In this document: piece after piece, positions 26,804-40,481 of the stretch
Layout of the letters: each line of letters begins with the position of its first letter
Numbering within the stretch: the stretch's first letter is position 1
Assembly: GCA_012295275.1 (NCBI GenBank)
Contig: CM022676.1
Coordinates: 3,224,001 to 3,288,000 of the forward strand
From: Chrysomallon squamiferum
Taxonomy: Eukaryota > Animalia > Mollusca
DNA: 64,000 bases
Direction of reading: 5' to 3'
Translations under genes and position numbers: made by a program
The notes under the pieces: model-generated
Databases searched by the model: none
What the model was told of the DNA's origin: nothing
Seen by the model: the letters and a program-made list of their open reading frames with translations, nothing else

Positions 26804-29800
26804 GTGGTGGTGGCTGTAGTAGAGCCAAAAAATGTTCTTTCTGAAAAATTCTAAAGTAGTGTATGTTTAAACTTTAAGTGTCGACAGATTAAACGAAGGA
26901 AAGAAAGGACAAGTAAAACAGCAATTATATAAATTTTATATTTGAAATGAAAAGTTTCAAAATTAAAATAAATTTTCTTCTTGTTAAATTTTTATAAATT
27001 TTGTCTCTATTTAAATTAGAAATTGCCCAACATAATTATTTTTTATAATTACAACAGAATACTTTAGTAAAGCAGAAATGCATTTTTTTAGATCAAGAAA
27101 ATATTTATTATTTTCAATCAGATATTTTTTTAAACATTTCAGACTGCAATAATCGCTATGTTTAGTTTACTTTTCTAAAAATAAAGGGAAAATATTTTTA
27201 TTACTGTTTGATAACAATTAAAAAAATAATAGATATTTTTAATTATTCTAATAATTCAATATACATTTCTTTATTTTTTCAGTGTTATCATACTTTATCA
27301 GTGAAATAATTTAACAGAATTGTTTGTTAAAATTCTGTCTTTTAAATATAATCACATTTTAATATTTTTTTAAAGAATATATATCTGGAGGCAAAGTTTT
27401 TGTTGTTTTAAATAGTTGGTTAATATATGAGTATGCCCATATCTTCAACTCTCTGAAGTATGTTTTTAATAGTTTACATAAAATAACTAAACCTCTAAAA
27501 TATTAAATATTTTTCTTTTCTTCTTTTTTTCAAATACTTTTTATTTCGTTCATTTAAATTTTCTGATTATATCCCACATTAACATTGACATAAATACATT
27601 TCCCTAATTCTAACGAAATATATTAACTGAAGGCTAATGAATAATTATTTATGCTCTAAAGAATAAATCTGTTAACAAAATTATTTATAGAGTTCTACAT
27701 ATTATTATGCACTCATGACCATATTTATAATATTTACATAAAACATTTATATTTACATAAAACATTTATAATATTTACATGAAACATGTGTAATATTTGA
27801 AATCATATTTATAATCTCATGGTGTTTTTTTCTCATTATTATTTACTAGCATGACAGAAGATTAAAGTTAATCCAGTAAGAAATATTTTTGGTTTACTGA
27901 CAGTATTTAAATTTTAAATGTTTATTGCATTTATAATATTCTATAAACCTCATCTATATAATTTTTTTTTTTTTACTGTTATCTACAACTCTAATTAGTA
28001 TTATTATATAAGGTTACTTCTGTCTCTTTTTATCAGTTTAAAAAAATATAAATAAAAAACAAAATTAAAAAGACAAAAATAAATGAGAACTACTTGCTCT
28101 AAATAGATAAATATATATATATATAAAATTTTGTTTTATTACTGTTTGCTTTTCAGGCTGACTGTTATACAAACTAAAAATTTTGTCAAAATATAATTCC
28201 TGTCTCAATTACAAAAGAATATTTTAATAATATTAAAAATGACATTAAAAAAAATAATTAATGTATATATAATATATCTGTATGTGTGTTTGTGTTAATA
28301 AACTTTATATTATTTTAAAGAATAACATTTTTGTATTTTTATTGTACAGGAAAATTAAAGAATAATCATGACAGATATAATATATAATTATTTTGTTAGG
28401 ACAACCAATAACATTATTTAAATATTATTTTCATTTAAGTTATATCAGGTATGATTTCAAAATAAAATTATATAATAAAGTTTTAAAATATATTTATCTA
28501 AGAAAAATATTTTAGAATCTATTTTACAAGCAACACTAAAATATATTAAACATTTATATATTGACACATTTTAAGATTGTGTTTTCATTTTGAATATAAG
28601 TTAAACAACTACTAATAATTAAAATATTAAAATGGTACAAAATTAGAAATTGTAAGTCAGTCAGATTCTTCTAAACCCTATTTTCTTGGAAGTTACACTG
28701 TTTAAATTTAAAATATTTTGAAATATTTAACAGAATTTTTAATGTGTTAATAAATAAATAGTTTAATAGGTCATTAAAAAAAAAAAAAATAAATGATAAC
28801 CATGTGTAGCTCAATAGTGCACTAATTTTTATTCTCTGCATTTAATATATTTATATATTATTTATTTTTTTACTTTTTTAATTATTACTATTATATAATT
28901 TTCTTTTACTTTTTACTTACTTTTTAAAAAATAATTTTTTTTTATAAAATGTTTGTTTATGAAATTACAATAAAAAAATTAATTTTGCATGTTAGTCTTT
29001 GAAATTTTTAGAAAACTTTACGTAGAAAAAGAAATTAAATACAGGAATGTAAGTCATCATTTTAAATATGTTTCAGGAGTTAGATATTTCAAAAAATAAT
29101 AATAATAAATTTCAATTTTTATTAAGAATTTGTTTAAGTTGTATGTTATATTTAAAAAAAAAAAAAAAAAAATTTTGAATGTGAAGAATTTTAAAATATT
29201 TTACTTCCACGTTATGATACAATTTAAAAATTAAGATTTTTACTTTATAATAAAATCTGCAAATATAAAAATTTAACAGAAAAATATTACATATTACTGA
29301 CAATTTTAAAATAAATAAATATTAATTTTTATAATAATAGTAGTAATTAATGATTAAAATTTTTAAAGAACTAGCAAAAAAGTGATGTTTAATTTATTTT
29401 TAATTTATTTATTTTACTTTTTTTTCTGTTTAACTGTTTAATAGTTGTTCTCTTTTTCTTTTTTATCATCATTATTATTTATTTATTTAATTATGTTCAA
29501 TATACAAGCACTTGCATATCAGACTAATTAACAAAACAAATTTCAGGAAATGTTTCTACATCAAATTAAACAATTTTTTTTTAAAAAATCATTAAAAAAC
29601 CCAACTTTTCTGCTAAGCTGTATGCCAAGATATACAACTGCAAAGATAATAAAAATTTATACTATACCACAATTTCACCTACACACCAATATATTTGCCC
29701 AAATTTATGTCAGCATATTTTTATTTATTTTTTAAATGATCCAAATGTATATTAAAGATAAAAACTGATTTCGCTGTTAACCAAATACTTAATTATTTTG

Positions 29801-30630
29801 AAACCCAATGAATTATCAATACCCAAATTTTTTCTTTTTTTTTTTTTTTTTTTTTGAAATTATTCTTTTTGTTCTTTCAATCTCAGAAGATTTGTTTTAA
29901 TACATCATTGAAAAATACAAAAAATAAATATTTGAAAAACTGAACTGGTATTTGTTGATGTGCAATTCAGAATAACATTAATAAAACATTTCTTAATGTC
30001 AAATAAAAATTTTGAAATTATTTTGAAATACAAGTCGTGTGGTCATTTCGGAACAATTTAAGAAACAGCGCCCATCCTTTCCTAAACACTTTCTAAATTT
30101 TTCAGTATTTTCTTATAAAAATCTACGTCACGAATAGCTGTGTCGTGAAATATTTTCTAACAGCTTTCAAAACTTGAATCCATCTACTGCGGTATTTTTC
30201 GAGAGTTCAGAAACAGTTCTGAAAGCGGATGTCTGTTGCAGGGTGTATTCTGAAAAATATATTTTTTAAAAATCAGATGACTTTATCGATGCGCATGCGT
30301 TTTGTGCACGTTTTTCTCGAAGAACCTGCATTCACGTGATATTAAAATTAACAGAAATCCGCGTTTTTGATTGGTGAGACACGCATTCGAGGAAACGGAC
30401 ACATTTCAATTCCGCAGTTCGAGTTTGGTTTTAAAACAAAATAAAATTTAAATTTAAGTAATTTTTTTTCTATCGTTATTATTATAATTTTTTTAGACAA
30501 AATTATTATTATCGATTACTATTTATATATAATAAAATTTGGTAAGTGAGAAAACAAATAAAGAAATAAATAAACAGTTTTGCGCACTGTATGCACTGCG
30601 CATAAGAGGCAGGCGGGCGGGCGGGCAAAC

Positions 30631-30658
30631 CTGCCAGCATGCCCGATGCGGTCGCCAT
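30631..30658 (-). other. Candidate alternative first-exon coding stub MATASGMLA
   Basis: CAAGATGGCG start context and GCAG|gtttgc donor (weak). Exits in phase 1, matching the only open frame of exon 26400-26472. Confidence 0.25.
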
Positions 30659-31191
30659 CTTGAATGTGAGAAAATGTTAAGAAAAGTATTGAAAATGGAC
30701 AGAATAGTTGAAAATAAAGCCATTTCAATAATTCTGAATGAAAACCGCGTATCTCAAATTAGCGAAAAACAACACCTGATGATAAATATTTGTGATTATC
30801 GCCGAGTAACACTCGAAGTCATGATGTCACCGTGCCGACTTCATGTGTCAGAGTTTCTTGATAAAAATAAGTACTTAAATTTGAAAAGACAAACCGAGGT
30901 GGAGATAATTAAAAGCGCGATGACGCCGCGAAGCTAAAATGCATCAGCAAATGACAATATGCGCACTTACCAACGCAACATCATGGCGAACCTGACCTCG
31001 CGCCAAAATTGTAGAGAAAATTTAAATCACAGAACTAACAAGATAGTACACGATAAAGAAAAAAAATATACCTACATACGTTTAAATTATATACAGTTCT
31101 CATCGACCGAGAGTGAGGAGCGTTTGCAAGAAGGAAAATGCCTTGCAATAAAGGTTTACATTATGACAGAAAATATTGAGAGACGCCTTAC

Positions 31192-31307
31192 CTCCAGACA
31201 GTGTGACCTGGTTGAACATGCTGTGTCTAGGTGCAGCAGACACACACCACAAAATGACACCCTTTTCACGCAGATACACTTGACAGTGCACCAGAATCCA
31301 ATCACAT
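31192..31307 (-). other. Candidate 116-nt exon within the island
   Basis: gcgtccttttcag|ATGTGA...TCTGGAG|gtaagg. Begins with a start-stop ATG TGA. The internal ATG gives MFNQVTLSG with a phase-1 exit. Confidence 0.35.
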
Positions 31308-34241
31308 CTGAAAAGGACGCTTACAGCCATTGTCCAGATATGTTCAGTAAGTGCGCAGATCAAGTGCGGCGACTTCAAACAATCCCTGGGTGCAAAACAG
31401 CAAACCCCTAAACATGCATTTCTCTCATGTTCTGCTGAGAATTTGGCGGTTTATGAAACGCAGTGCACTGCAGCAAGGTCAAAGGCGCATGCGCGTCGTC
31501 TCAATGCACATTGGCACATTTTTCTGTATTATATTGAAGTCTGCTTGTCATCTTGGGAGTGCAAAATCCTCCACGAGACATGCTATTACAAAGCATGTCA
31601 CCAACCAACCCTGCCCACCTGCCAGCAACACATATATTCATTGCCCATGTCCGCCATTAATGAAAGCTATCACCAAAAAGCCAGTGTGCACCGCCAGACA
31701 GCACAAGTAGGAGAGGAAAAAAGCAGCAGATAGACTCACGTTGATACAAATGAAAAACACAGACTGAATACTTTACCCATCCAGTGTCAAAAACACGCCA
31801 CCATAACATCCACGACAAACGTGTACTGACAAAAATGGCCTGCATGCCAAAGCAGTATGGCTGCCTGGCCGTCTGCCCACCCGCCCTAACATCTATCTCC
31901 CGCCCTCAACCTGATATGCAAGCTCATCATTCTATTTTCAAACGGGGAATGAGAAGAATCTAATAAAAAAAATATATAAAATGTTTTCACTGAAAAAATA
32001 CAACTTCATATCTATTCAAACATCAGATTAATGAGGCAGTCAATAATTATGTCTGCTTTAGAACAAAATCAAGGGGACGCGATTCAGGCGGGAAAATAAA
32101 GCAGCCGCATGACGGCAGACCTAGAACACAGACGTGTTCAGAGACAGGCTGGGTAAACTAAACTATAGTTTGAAAACTTAGAGAACAAACAATCCACCCT
32201 TAATTAACACTAACATTCCCACCACAGCTTCACCCATCTGATAGTTAAGAGAACAAGAAAACGTATTTGAAACATAAAATATTTAAATCCGCTCATTGGT
32301 GAGCTGCACATCAAACAAGCGAGTTAAACTGCACTGTTATGTAATAGGTACACTAAATTACATACGCCCTAGTACACCCTTTCAAACTTACCTACCTTGT
32401 ATTAATAACCTTAAAATTTAATGGGGCCATAGAAAAAAGCGGGAACACAAATCCATTTCCAAATGGCAACCATAAGATGAGGTCACTGAAAACACACTGC
32501 GTCTACACTCCTATTGGAGAAGAGAGGCAAGGAGGTGCATTCAGTCAGACCATAAACCTCCTTTCATTTTTCTAACGTCGCACGTGTTAATTAGAAAACG
32601 TTCTCCTTCATTACACAAGACCAGACTCCATCCACATTGCTGCCACAGAAAAACAATGTAAAAATGTAGAAAGGTTTTCCGCGCCAATGGCTGAGATATC
32701 TCCACTCCTGGATGTATAGCCGGGACTAGAGGTCATACAAGCAAGAGGAAGTAACTGGCAGACAGAAATGCTTTCTGGGACACGTGACCAGTGAGGCCAG
32801 TCTGATCACCTGCCTCAGATGAATGTAGGCCGAGGGCTTGATGGCAGATACTTCCAAAAGGATAATAGATACAAAACTGCCGTCTGCCCGTATTCACCAG
32901 CAGACGTGAATTGCACTGAACCCACTGGAATTATCATTTTTATCCAGTTTATTGTGTGTGTTGTGTTGTCAAGCAAAAGTCATGCAACAAGCCAACCCCC
33001 AAAAAGTCAGTAAGAGCAAGCTACTGTGTTGTGTTCACACAGTGAAGTGAACATCTCCTGTGTTAAACATGTAGCTAGCTAGCTGTAAGTTGTGTGCACA
33101 CAAGTGAAATCTTTTTTTTCCTAGTGGAAGCAGAACAACCTCAGTGAGAAGCAGAAATGTTTTATTTTGAGAAAAAAATATATATATATATATATTGATG
33201 GGATCTGCTTCTTGAAAAGCTTCAAGCAAAACAGTGATTCTCACAAGAATGTGAACACCAATGAGGTAAATGTATTTATTTATCTGTAATGTATGCAGTT
33301 AAATAGAAACATAACAAACAAATGTATTCTTTTTTGTTTTCCTTTTTCTCTTTTTTTTTTTTTTTTTCAATAAAAGTCTAAACAAAGACCTTGTTCCTTA
33401 TTTTTTTGTCAAGGTCTTTATTAAAGCCTTTTTCAAATAATAATAAAAATAAATGCAATGCTAAAAAAGCTTGCACAATACTAGCAATAACAAACTGTTT
33501 GTGTAAATATAATGGCTAAATGCAGATATCCAAATTTCAAAATCAATATCCACAACAAAGTGTACATTTTTATGCATTGGTCAAGTGCATGAACAGAATT
33601 ATTGCAGCTACATTAAGCAGAAATAATTTTTCAACAAAATGTACATTTAACTGCAGATGTCCAAACCACTTCTGCTGAATAAGCATAAATCCGTCCATTT
33701 GAAAAAAAAAGTCCACTCCACTGACCAGGAAATAGAATTTGCATATTGCATCTACTAACAATGTTTATTAATACCCAGTAACCCTATTCCTAGTACTTTA
33801 ACAACCTAAACATTATTACTGACCTACAAAAACAAAAACAGCCCACTCAAAACAATAACAACGATCATTTCCTAGTTGTTCTATTTATCTAGGAAATAAA
33901 TTGCAATCTAACTTAAGATGTGGTCTGAACTGAAGCCGGCATCAACTGGTGGTTACCACTGACCACAAGTACTAAAACAGCAGACACGAAGAAGACCTCA
34001 GTCTGGTTGTTCTCCACACTGTTATTGGCGAAGAAACTGAACAAAGAGAGGTCAGACATGTGGCCGAGTCAAAAGTTCATCTAGACAGGGGATTAAAAAA
34101 CAACCATCTACCATCATCAACCAGGGTCAGAAGGTTACGGTTGAGGAGATTAAGAAGCCGCTAAATTTTCTCCTACGTCTGTCTGCTTTGTTGTCAGCGC
34201 CCAGTCTGCCCGCTTGATCAGTTACAGTCAAAATAACCTGT

Positions 34242-34256
34242 CAGCTATAAATAGCC
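34242..34256. promoter_or_regulatory. Second MEF2 consensus site
   Basis: cagCTATAAATAGcc, identical to 14171-14185, inside a GC-richer block. Confidence 0.35.
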
Positions 34257-36274
34257 GTACAGGGGGGTATTGACACAGTATACACAACATTTGAAAACTG
34301 TCATACAGCCAGCACTGAAAGACCCATTTTTTATATGCGAGCACATTGAGGTCACTATTTCTGTATCATACAGCCGGAGATATACTTTAAACAGCTGAGA
34401 AAGAAAGAAAGAAAACCTGGGCGTTTGTAAAGGCTGCAGGTTAGGATGAACTGAACATTCAAAACTGAACATTCAAATGTAACTCTGTAAAGGAAAAGTG
34501 TGATGAAGCCAACCTGTCAGTTCAGTGTTCTAACTTGAGATTTTTATATGAAGGAAAAGTTGCTATTTTACCTGGGACTATTATACTGAAATATTCAAAC
34601 TTATATTATGTAACATTTATATACATGTATACATACATACATACAAAGACTGTTAATTACTCACATGTTTCATCTGAAAGAGAAACCTTTGTTAATAAAT
34701 CTTTTTTTTTAATACAACCCATGCCTGACCAATTAAGAGTATTTAAATATTCAAGTTTAATTAATTTTTTAATTTATTTACTTACTTCAGTGAAAGTCTT
34801 TGGTTTACAAAGTCACTGACTCTAGGTTACCTGATGTTTTAAATATTCAAAGTAAAATTTAAAATAAACAAACTGCAGACAAATTTTAATTTCATTTTTA
34901 TACAAAAATATATTTTTTTAAAGAATATTCAACATTGGTTGAATGCTTACCATTTAACTGAATGAAACTGAATGTTTATATTTAAGGACATGATTGGCTA
35001 AAAACACACAACACCAACATCACTAAGAAGCAAGTGTAAAATATTTTGCAATTTGAGATAATTTATAGACAGCCATTTTCCATTTTTGCATAAACAAAGT
35101 GAAACTGTTGATCAAGATTATTAAACAGGTAACACAAAGATTTGATATTATTAACATGTGAGTGACATAATATTGAGAGGGAGATACACAAAGGATATTC
35201 TTTTTATATATCTCTGTCTATATATATATATTATATCTATATATAACAGACTATAAAATGTATTCATAATGCTTCTTGACAGACAGACCTATTTCTTTTA
35301 TTTCATCAGCCTGTCGTCTGCATTTCCGACAATGAGCAACAGAGAATAGATTCACTGAAGCAGAAAGAAGCAACCATTATCAGAGTATTAAATTTTATAG
35401 TCAGAGAAAAAAAAAAAAAAAAAAAAAAAAACATTTTTTTTTACACCCTGAATTACAAACATATTTCGTCTGATGTAATTTTAAAAAGGTATTTCATCAA
35501 AAAATACTTACCTTGATAAACTTCACTGAATGTTTTAACACTTACCTTGTTGTTGTTTTTAAAAATCATTTAGATGTGTTTATTATTATTTATTCATTCA
35601 TTTATTATTGGTTCAAAAATATATAGATCAAATGGACTTGAATGGACTATTGTGTGTATGTTTTGTAACCTGTTTTTGTATGTGTATTTGTGTGTCTGTC
35701 TGTCTTTCTGTATGTGTTTATCTGTAATTTGTGTATTGTTTAAATTGTTTTGTTGTGTGTGTATGTGTGTGTGTGATTTCTACTATAAACAGAGGTGACA
35801 ATAAAGCAGACATTACTACTATAACAGGGGGTGACAATAGTCTGATTTACAAATTATCATTTCTTTTATTCTTAAATGATGAAATGGTGTAATTAAAAAC
35901 GATATTAAAACATTTTGTTTTTTAAATTGATAAACTTAGTTATCCAATTTTGAGATCAAAACATTCGTTTTTAATAATAACTTTCCACTTCTTTATGTGG
36001 TAAAAGGACAGATTGCTTTAATAATGAAAACAATATTTAAAAAAAAAAAAAAAAAAGACAAATAATGAATCTGATAGTGGAGAATGAAATCTTTGTAAAG
36101 AAGAATTTTTATCCTTTATTAACATTTTCTTTCTTTCTTTCTTTCTTTCTTTCTAATGTAAATAGCAGGAATGGCTTGATAAAGATATTAACATAAAATA
36201 TTACAGGATTATAGGAGACTTCAGTCTGAGATCATTTTTGTTTTAAAAAAGAGCTGTTTTCACTTTTTTCTCCA

Positions 36275-36620
36275 GTAAAGAATAGAATGGCTGATGAGGA
36301 GTTTAATATTAAAAAGGTAATGAGGTACTGAATACTGTAACATAAAAGTAACATTAAAGGCAAAGTATTTCGAGATGGAGATAATATCAGATAATTGTAT
36401 TATATTTACTTCTAGTGTTAGAGGATGGAACGGCCAAGTAAAGAAACTAATATTAAAAAGATGAGATGAAGATTTTAAGATAAAAATAATATTAAAGACA
36501 AAATATTCTGAACTGGAGATAGTATTTATCAAATAATATATTTATTCCCTTCTAGTGTTAGAGAATAGAATGGCCTGTAAAAGAAACTAATATCAAAAAG
36601 GTGAGATGAAGATTTTATGT
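36275..36620. repeat. Diverged ~142-bp tandem duplication/triplication
   Basis: cttctagtgttagag...aaagaaactaatat..aaaaag.tgagatgaagatttt at ~36408 and ~36550, with a weaker copy near 36277. Confidence 0.75.
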
Positions 36621-36992
36621 TCTGACATGAGATAGATGTGATATTAAGAAGTAAATGTCAAGTATTGTGAGATGGAGGTAATTTATAGAGGTAGTTCTAC
36701 TTTTTGTGTGAAACTGCAGACTCATAATATCATGTTTATTAAAAAGGGAACTTGAAGGTCTCGTGTTTCAAAAAGAGAGGGATATAATACAAGGAGTCAG
36801 ATTTACAAAGGATATTTTGTTTTTATATATATATACATATATGTATTATATAGATTGAGATGAACATTCATACAAACTAGAGTTAGAAACATTAAAGATT
36901 AAGATAAAGACTTGAAATGGAATTAATAGTTTGGGGTGGGGTTGTATTTTTCTCAAAAATAGAAATATTTCTGTTCACCGATACTTGAATAC

Positions 36993-37051
36993 CTGTGGAC
37001 TACCTGATTTGAAGAACCACGAACGTCATCATCTTCTCAGTCAAACAGCAT
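36993..37051 (-). other. Candidate short exon (48 or 59 nt), probably non-coding
   Basis: ctgattattttgtag|ATGCTGTTTGACTGA... with alternative donors CAG|gtagtc (exon end 37004) or CAG|gtattc (exon end 36993). Confidence 0.35.
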
Positions 37052-39068
37052 CTACAAAATAATCAGAAGTTATAACTTAAACTCAAATTTTTTTTTATAT
37101 AGATATCTACATATACAGGTCTACAACCATGCACCATACACACACGCACAGACATACACAGACACATAGACACATAGACAATAGATGCATAGACCCCTCC
37201 AAAACCAAAAACAAACAAGTAAAACAAAAATGAAGATATTAAATCAAACTATCTTGGGCACATAACAGAAGAGCTTGGATTTATAACAGTGTTAGTGTTA
37301 GTATGTAAACAGAGAAAATTAAAATGACAGTACTCTTTATCACTCCCATTAGTTCTGCCAGTCAAGTTAGTATCAGGATTTGAACCAAGTAACTACAACT
37401 TTTAAAGCTTCTGTTTTGTCTGTTGATATATATATATCATTTTAATTTTATTAGAAGTTTTTGTTTACAGATTAACAGGCAAAAGTTTAACTGGAAAATG
37501 TGCAGACTTCCTAAAATGTCTACCAAGATCCCTCCTACACAAGCCTCACTCTGAAATGTAATGAACCTACTCAACTAAATCACAACTGACCTAATTTTTC
37601 TATTCACTTATATTTATATCTACACTTGTACAATTCTGTTAATTCCTTGTCAACAGTAAATAAATTATTTTAATGAAAAATAATATTGTCTGTGGTACAT
37701 TGATACATATTCTGAATGAAAGCACGGTTGTCTTCTTTTCATGCTGGTCTGAAAGACTGAACAAAAAATGAAAGAGAAAAGATGGATGGATGGATAATGT
37801 GGAAAAAATAAAATAAAAGAAAGATGTGAAGAAATAATAAAAACAAAAAAAAAAGAAGAAAAATACAAAGAAAATATCAACTCCTGGGTGTTAACCAAAG
37901 AAAAGAAAAGGAAATATTTTCTTTTTCTTTGTTCTATTTTATCAAAGATCAAGAAATTTGGGTTTGACATATTTATATAAATTCTGCCATTAAGTGTTGT
38001 ATTAATGATTAACGATGAATTCTTAGTTAGAGTGATTAATTACAACAACATATTTATAAGTTATGTTTACAACAAACCACACTTTCATTGAAAATCAAAT
38101 CTGCGATATGACCCAGACACAAAAATAACCTCAGACTAAACTTTTCATATTTATACTTGTAAGATAAATTATAAAGAGAATATTACCTTAAATACAACTC
38201 ACTTGAAAGACCAGGAATCAATAGATTAAATATTCCCATACAGAAAATAAATAATCCGATTTGGAAGAAATAATTCAAACACATCTCGGCATCCAAGTTA
38301 TTTCAAACATGACAAATCATAGTCATCCCACAAATACTCGGCAAACAGAGAAATTTAAAATCCACAAAGAAATTAAATACATCATGTAAAAATCCACCCT
38401 TAATAAGACATGATTTTGTTTTTATTTTTCATTTTAATTTGTTTTGTTCATTGTTAAAAATGATTTTGGCTCGTTAATAATGTTGTCATAGGAATAAAAG
38501 ATAACTGATCATCTTCAAATTTTTCAAATAATAATGTTATCATTTCCATGTATGCACCTTTAAAAACTGTGTTTTGTTATCATCATTTCTGTATTTTAAA
38601 ACAGTACCTTGAGATTATCTTTTCCATCTTTTAAAACAGTATCTCAATATCACTGTGTCTGTATTTTAAAATCATCTTTAAACCATCTCTTCCTTTTTTT
38701 TTCTTTTTTGTTTTTAAAATTTTATCTTTGTAGTCTTCATTTCTTTTTAAAACAGTATCTTCAGACAATCTCTTAAAAATAATATGTCCCACATTTTAAA
38801 ATGTTATCATTAGCCAAGTCTTCCATGTTTGAAAATTTATATTTTCAGATGAACATTTCCATCTTTTTCTCCTTTAAAAAAAAAAAGAAGAAATAATGAT
38901 GATAATAATGTCGTCCATCACTTTATCCATCTCCTGAATAGTGCAACACGATATCACAATGAGAATCCAACAAAACAATCAGTGAGAGAGAAAAAACCTG
39001 CCAACAATGAAACCGAGTCACTTCTGTCGTTTTCCATTGAAAAGTAACAGAGCTCTACGCATTGAGAA

Positions 39069-39102
<34 letters not shown>

Positions 39103-39270
39103 ACATTAAAATCTTTTAAAACTCTTTCTCTGTAAGCACTGCATATCTCACTTGACAAAGAATTCAAATCCAAAACACCATCCAATTCCCCACCGTCACA
39201 AAACGAGTAGCCACTGAACATTTAAAAAAAAAAATCTCCATTAAAAATAATAACAGAAAAGAAAAGAAAG

Positions 39271-39311
<41 letters not shown>

Positions 39312-39823
39312 CGTAAGGTTAGGTTACCAAAGTGCAGAGGTCTTACATCACAAGTAACACAACAGACATCGTCGTGGCAGTGTACACGGCAGCCACTGTT
39401 TGTAAGATGGTATCGGAGCAGAACAGATGGTAAAATTAATAATGTCGTAAGATTACCGCAGCCCCTATAAGCCCACTCCGGTGTGGAAGCGATGATAAGC
39501 GGTCTGCGTGACCTGACTTGACACACATTTCGCCTGTGTCAGACAAACGTGGGGTGACCTAAGGCTGGCCGCATAGCCATTGATCAGAACAGCGGTGTTG
39601 TGTACACAGATATCTTTCAGCTTCGTTATAATGAAACTGTCTGAGTGAGTGTGTGTGTGTGTGCCACAGACATTTCTATCAAGGTTTTCTCTAATTTTTA
39701 TGCGAGTGTATGTACATGTCTATCTTTAGAATGTCTCTCTGCATTAAGTGTTTATGTAATGTATGAACTGGCATAAATGTATATGTCTGTATGTATGTCT
39801 ATATGTATGTATATGTAATCTAT

Positions 39824-39864
<41 letters not shown>

Positions 39865-40369
39865 GTAATGTACATAGTGTGTGTGTGCATGTGTGTGTGT
39901 GTGTGTGTGTGATTGTAAGTGTGTAAGAATATTCATATATATTGTTTTTGAAGATTTAGTACATTATTAATGTGTGCATGTTTCACTATGTATGTATGTG
40001 ACTTCATTAAGAAGAGTGAGGCAGGACTTCAATATTGGAAGTAATGTCAGCTTCAGAGAAAAAAAACAGAAGGTAAAGATAGGACATCAGTAAAAAAAAA
40101 AAAAAAATAATAAAAATTATGACTTCTTTGTCAAGTGTGAGTTAGTACCTCAATACAAGAAGTGTGAAATTTAATAGAAATGGACTTCAGTAAAAAGAAG
40201 AATGAGACTGTACTTGAGTAAGAAAACTGAAACTGTGTTTTCTTAAGAAGAATAAAACTGAAGTTCAAATAAAAGAATAAAATTCAGTATGAAAAATGGA
40301 TTATCACAAGAACAGTGAGTTGGAATTTTAATGTGAAGTGTAAAATATGAATGTATTAAGAGGAAAGAC

Positions 40370-40481
40370 AATAAACTTTATTAACAGGAGAGTTGATGGA
40401 CTTCATTAAAGGAGAGTCAATGGACTTCATTAAAGGAGAGACAATGGACTTCACTAAAGGAGAGACGATGAACTTCATTAA
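40370..40481. repeat. 24-bp tandem repeat, about 4-5 copies
   Basis: atggacttcattaaaggagagtca. Explains the MDFIKGES repeat ORF. Confidence 0.85.

Larger units (their letters stand above)
30030..32850. promoter_or_regulatory. Internal CpG-retaining island: probable alternative promoter or conserved regulatory region
   Basis: Sharp rise in GC and CpG. NRF1-like TGCGCATGCG 30290-30299 and GCGCATGCGC 31485-31494. NF-Y TGATTGGT ~30368-30375. YY1-like AAGATGGCG on minus 30661-30653. GC-box repeats 30612-30626. Confidence 0.6.

Noticed and set aside
30539-31733. Cluster of 96-150 aa plus-strand ORFs as a transposase or gene
   Set aside because: No recognisable domain or catalytic motif. Explained by higher GC, and the splice signals favour the minus strand.
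36227-36248. tgagatcatttt resembles bantam
   Set aside because: The 3' half diverges and there is no complementary arm.
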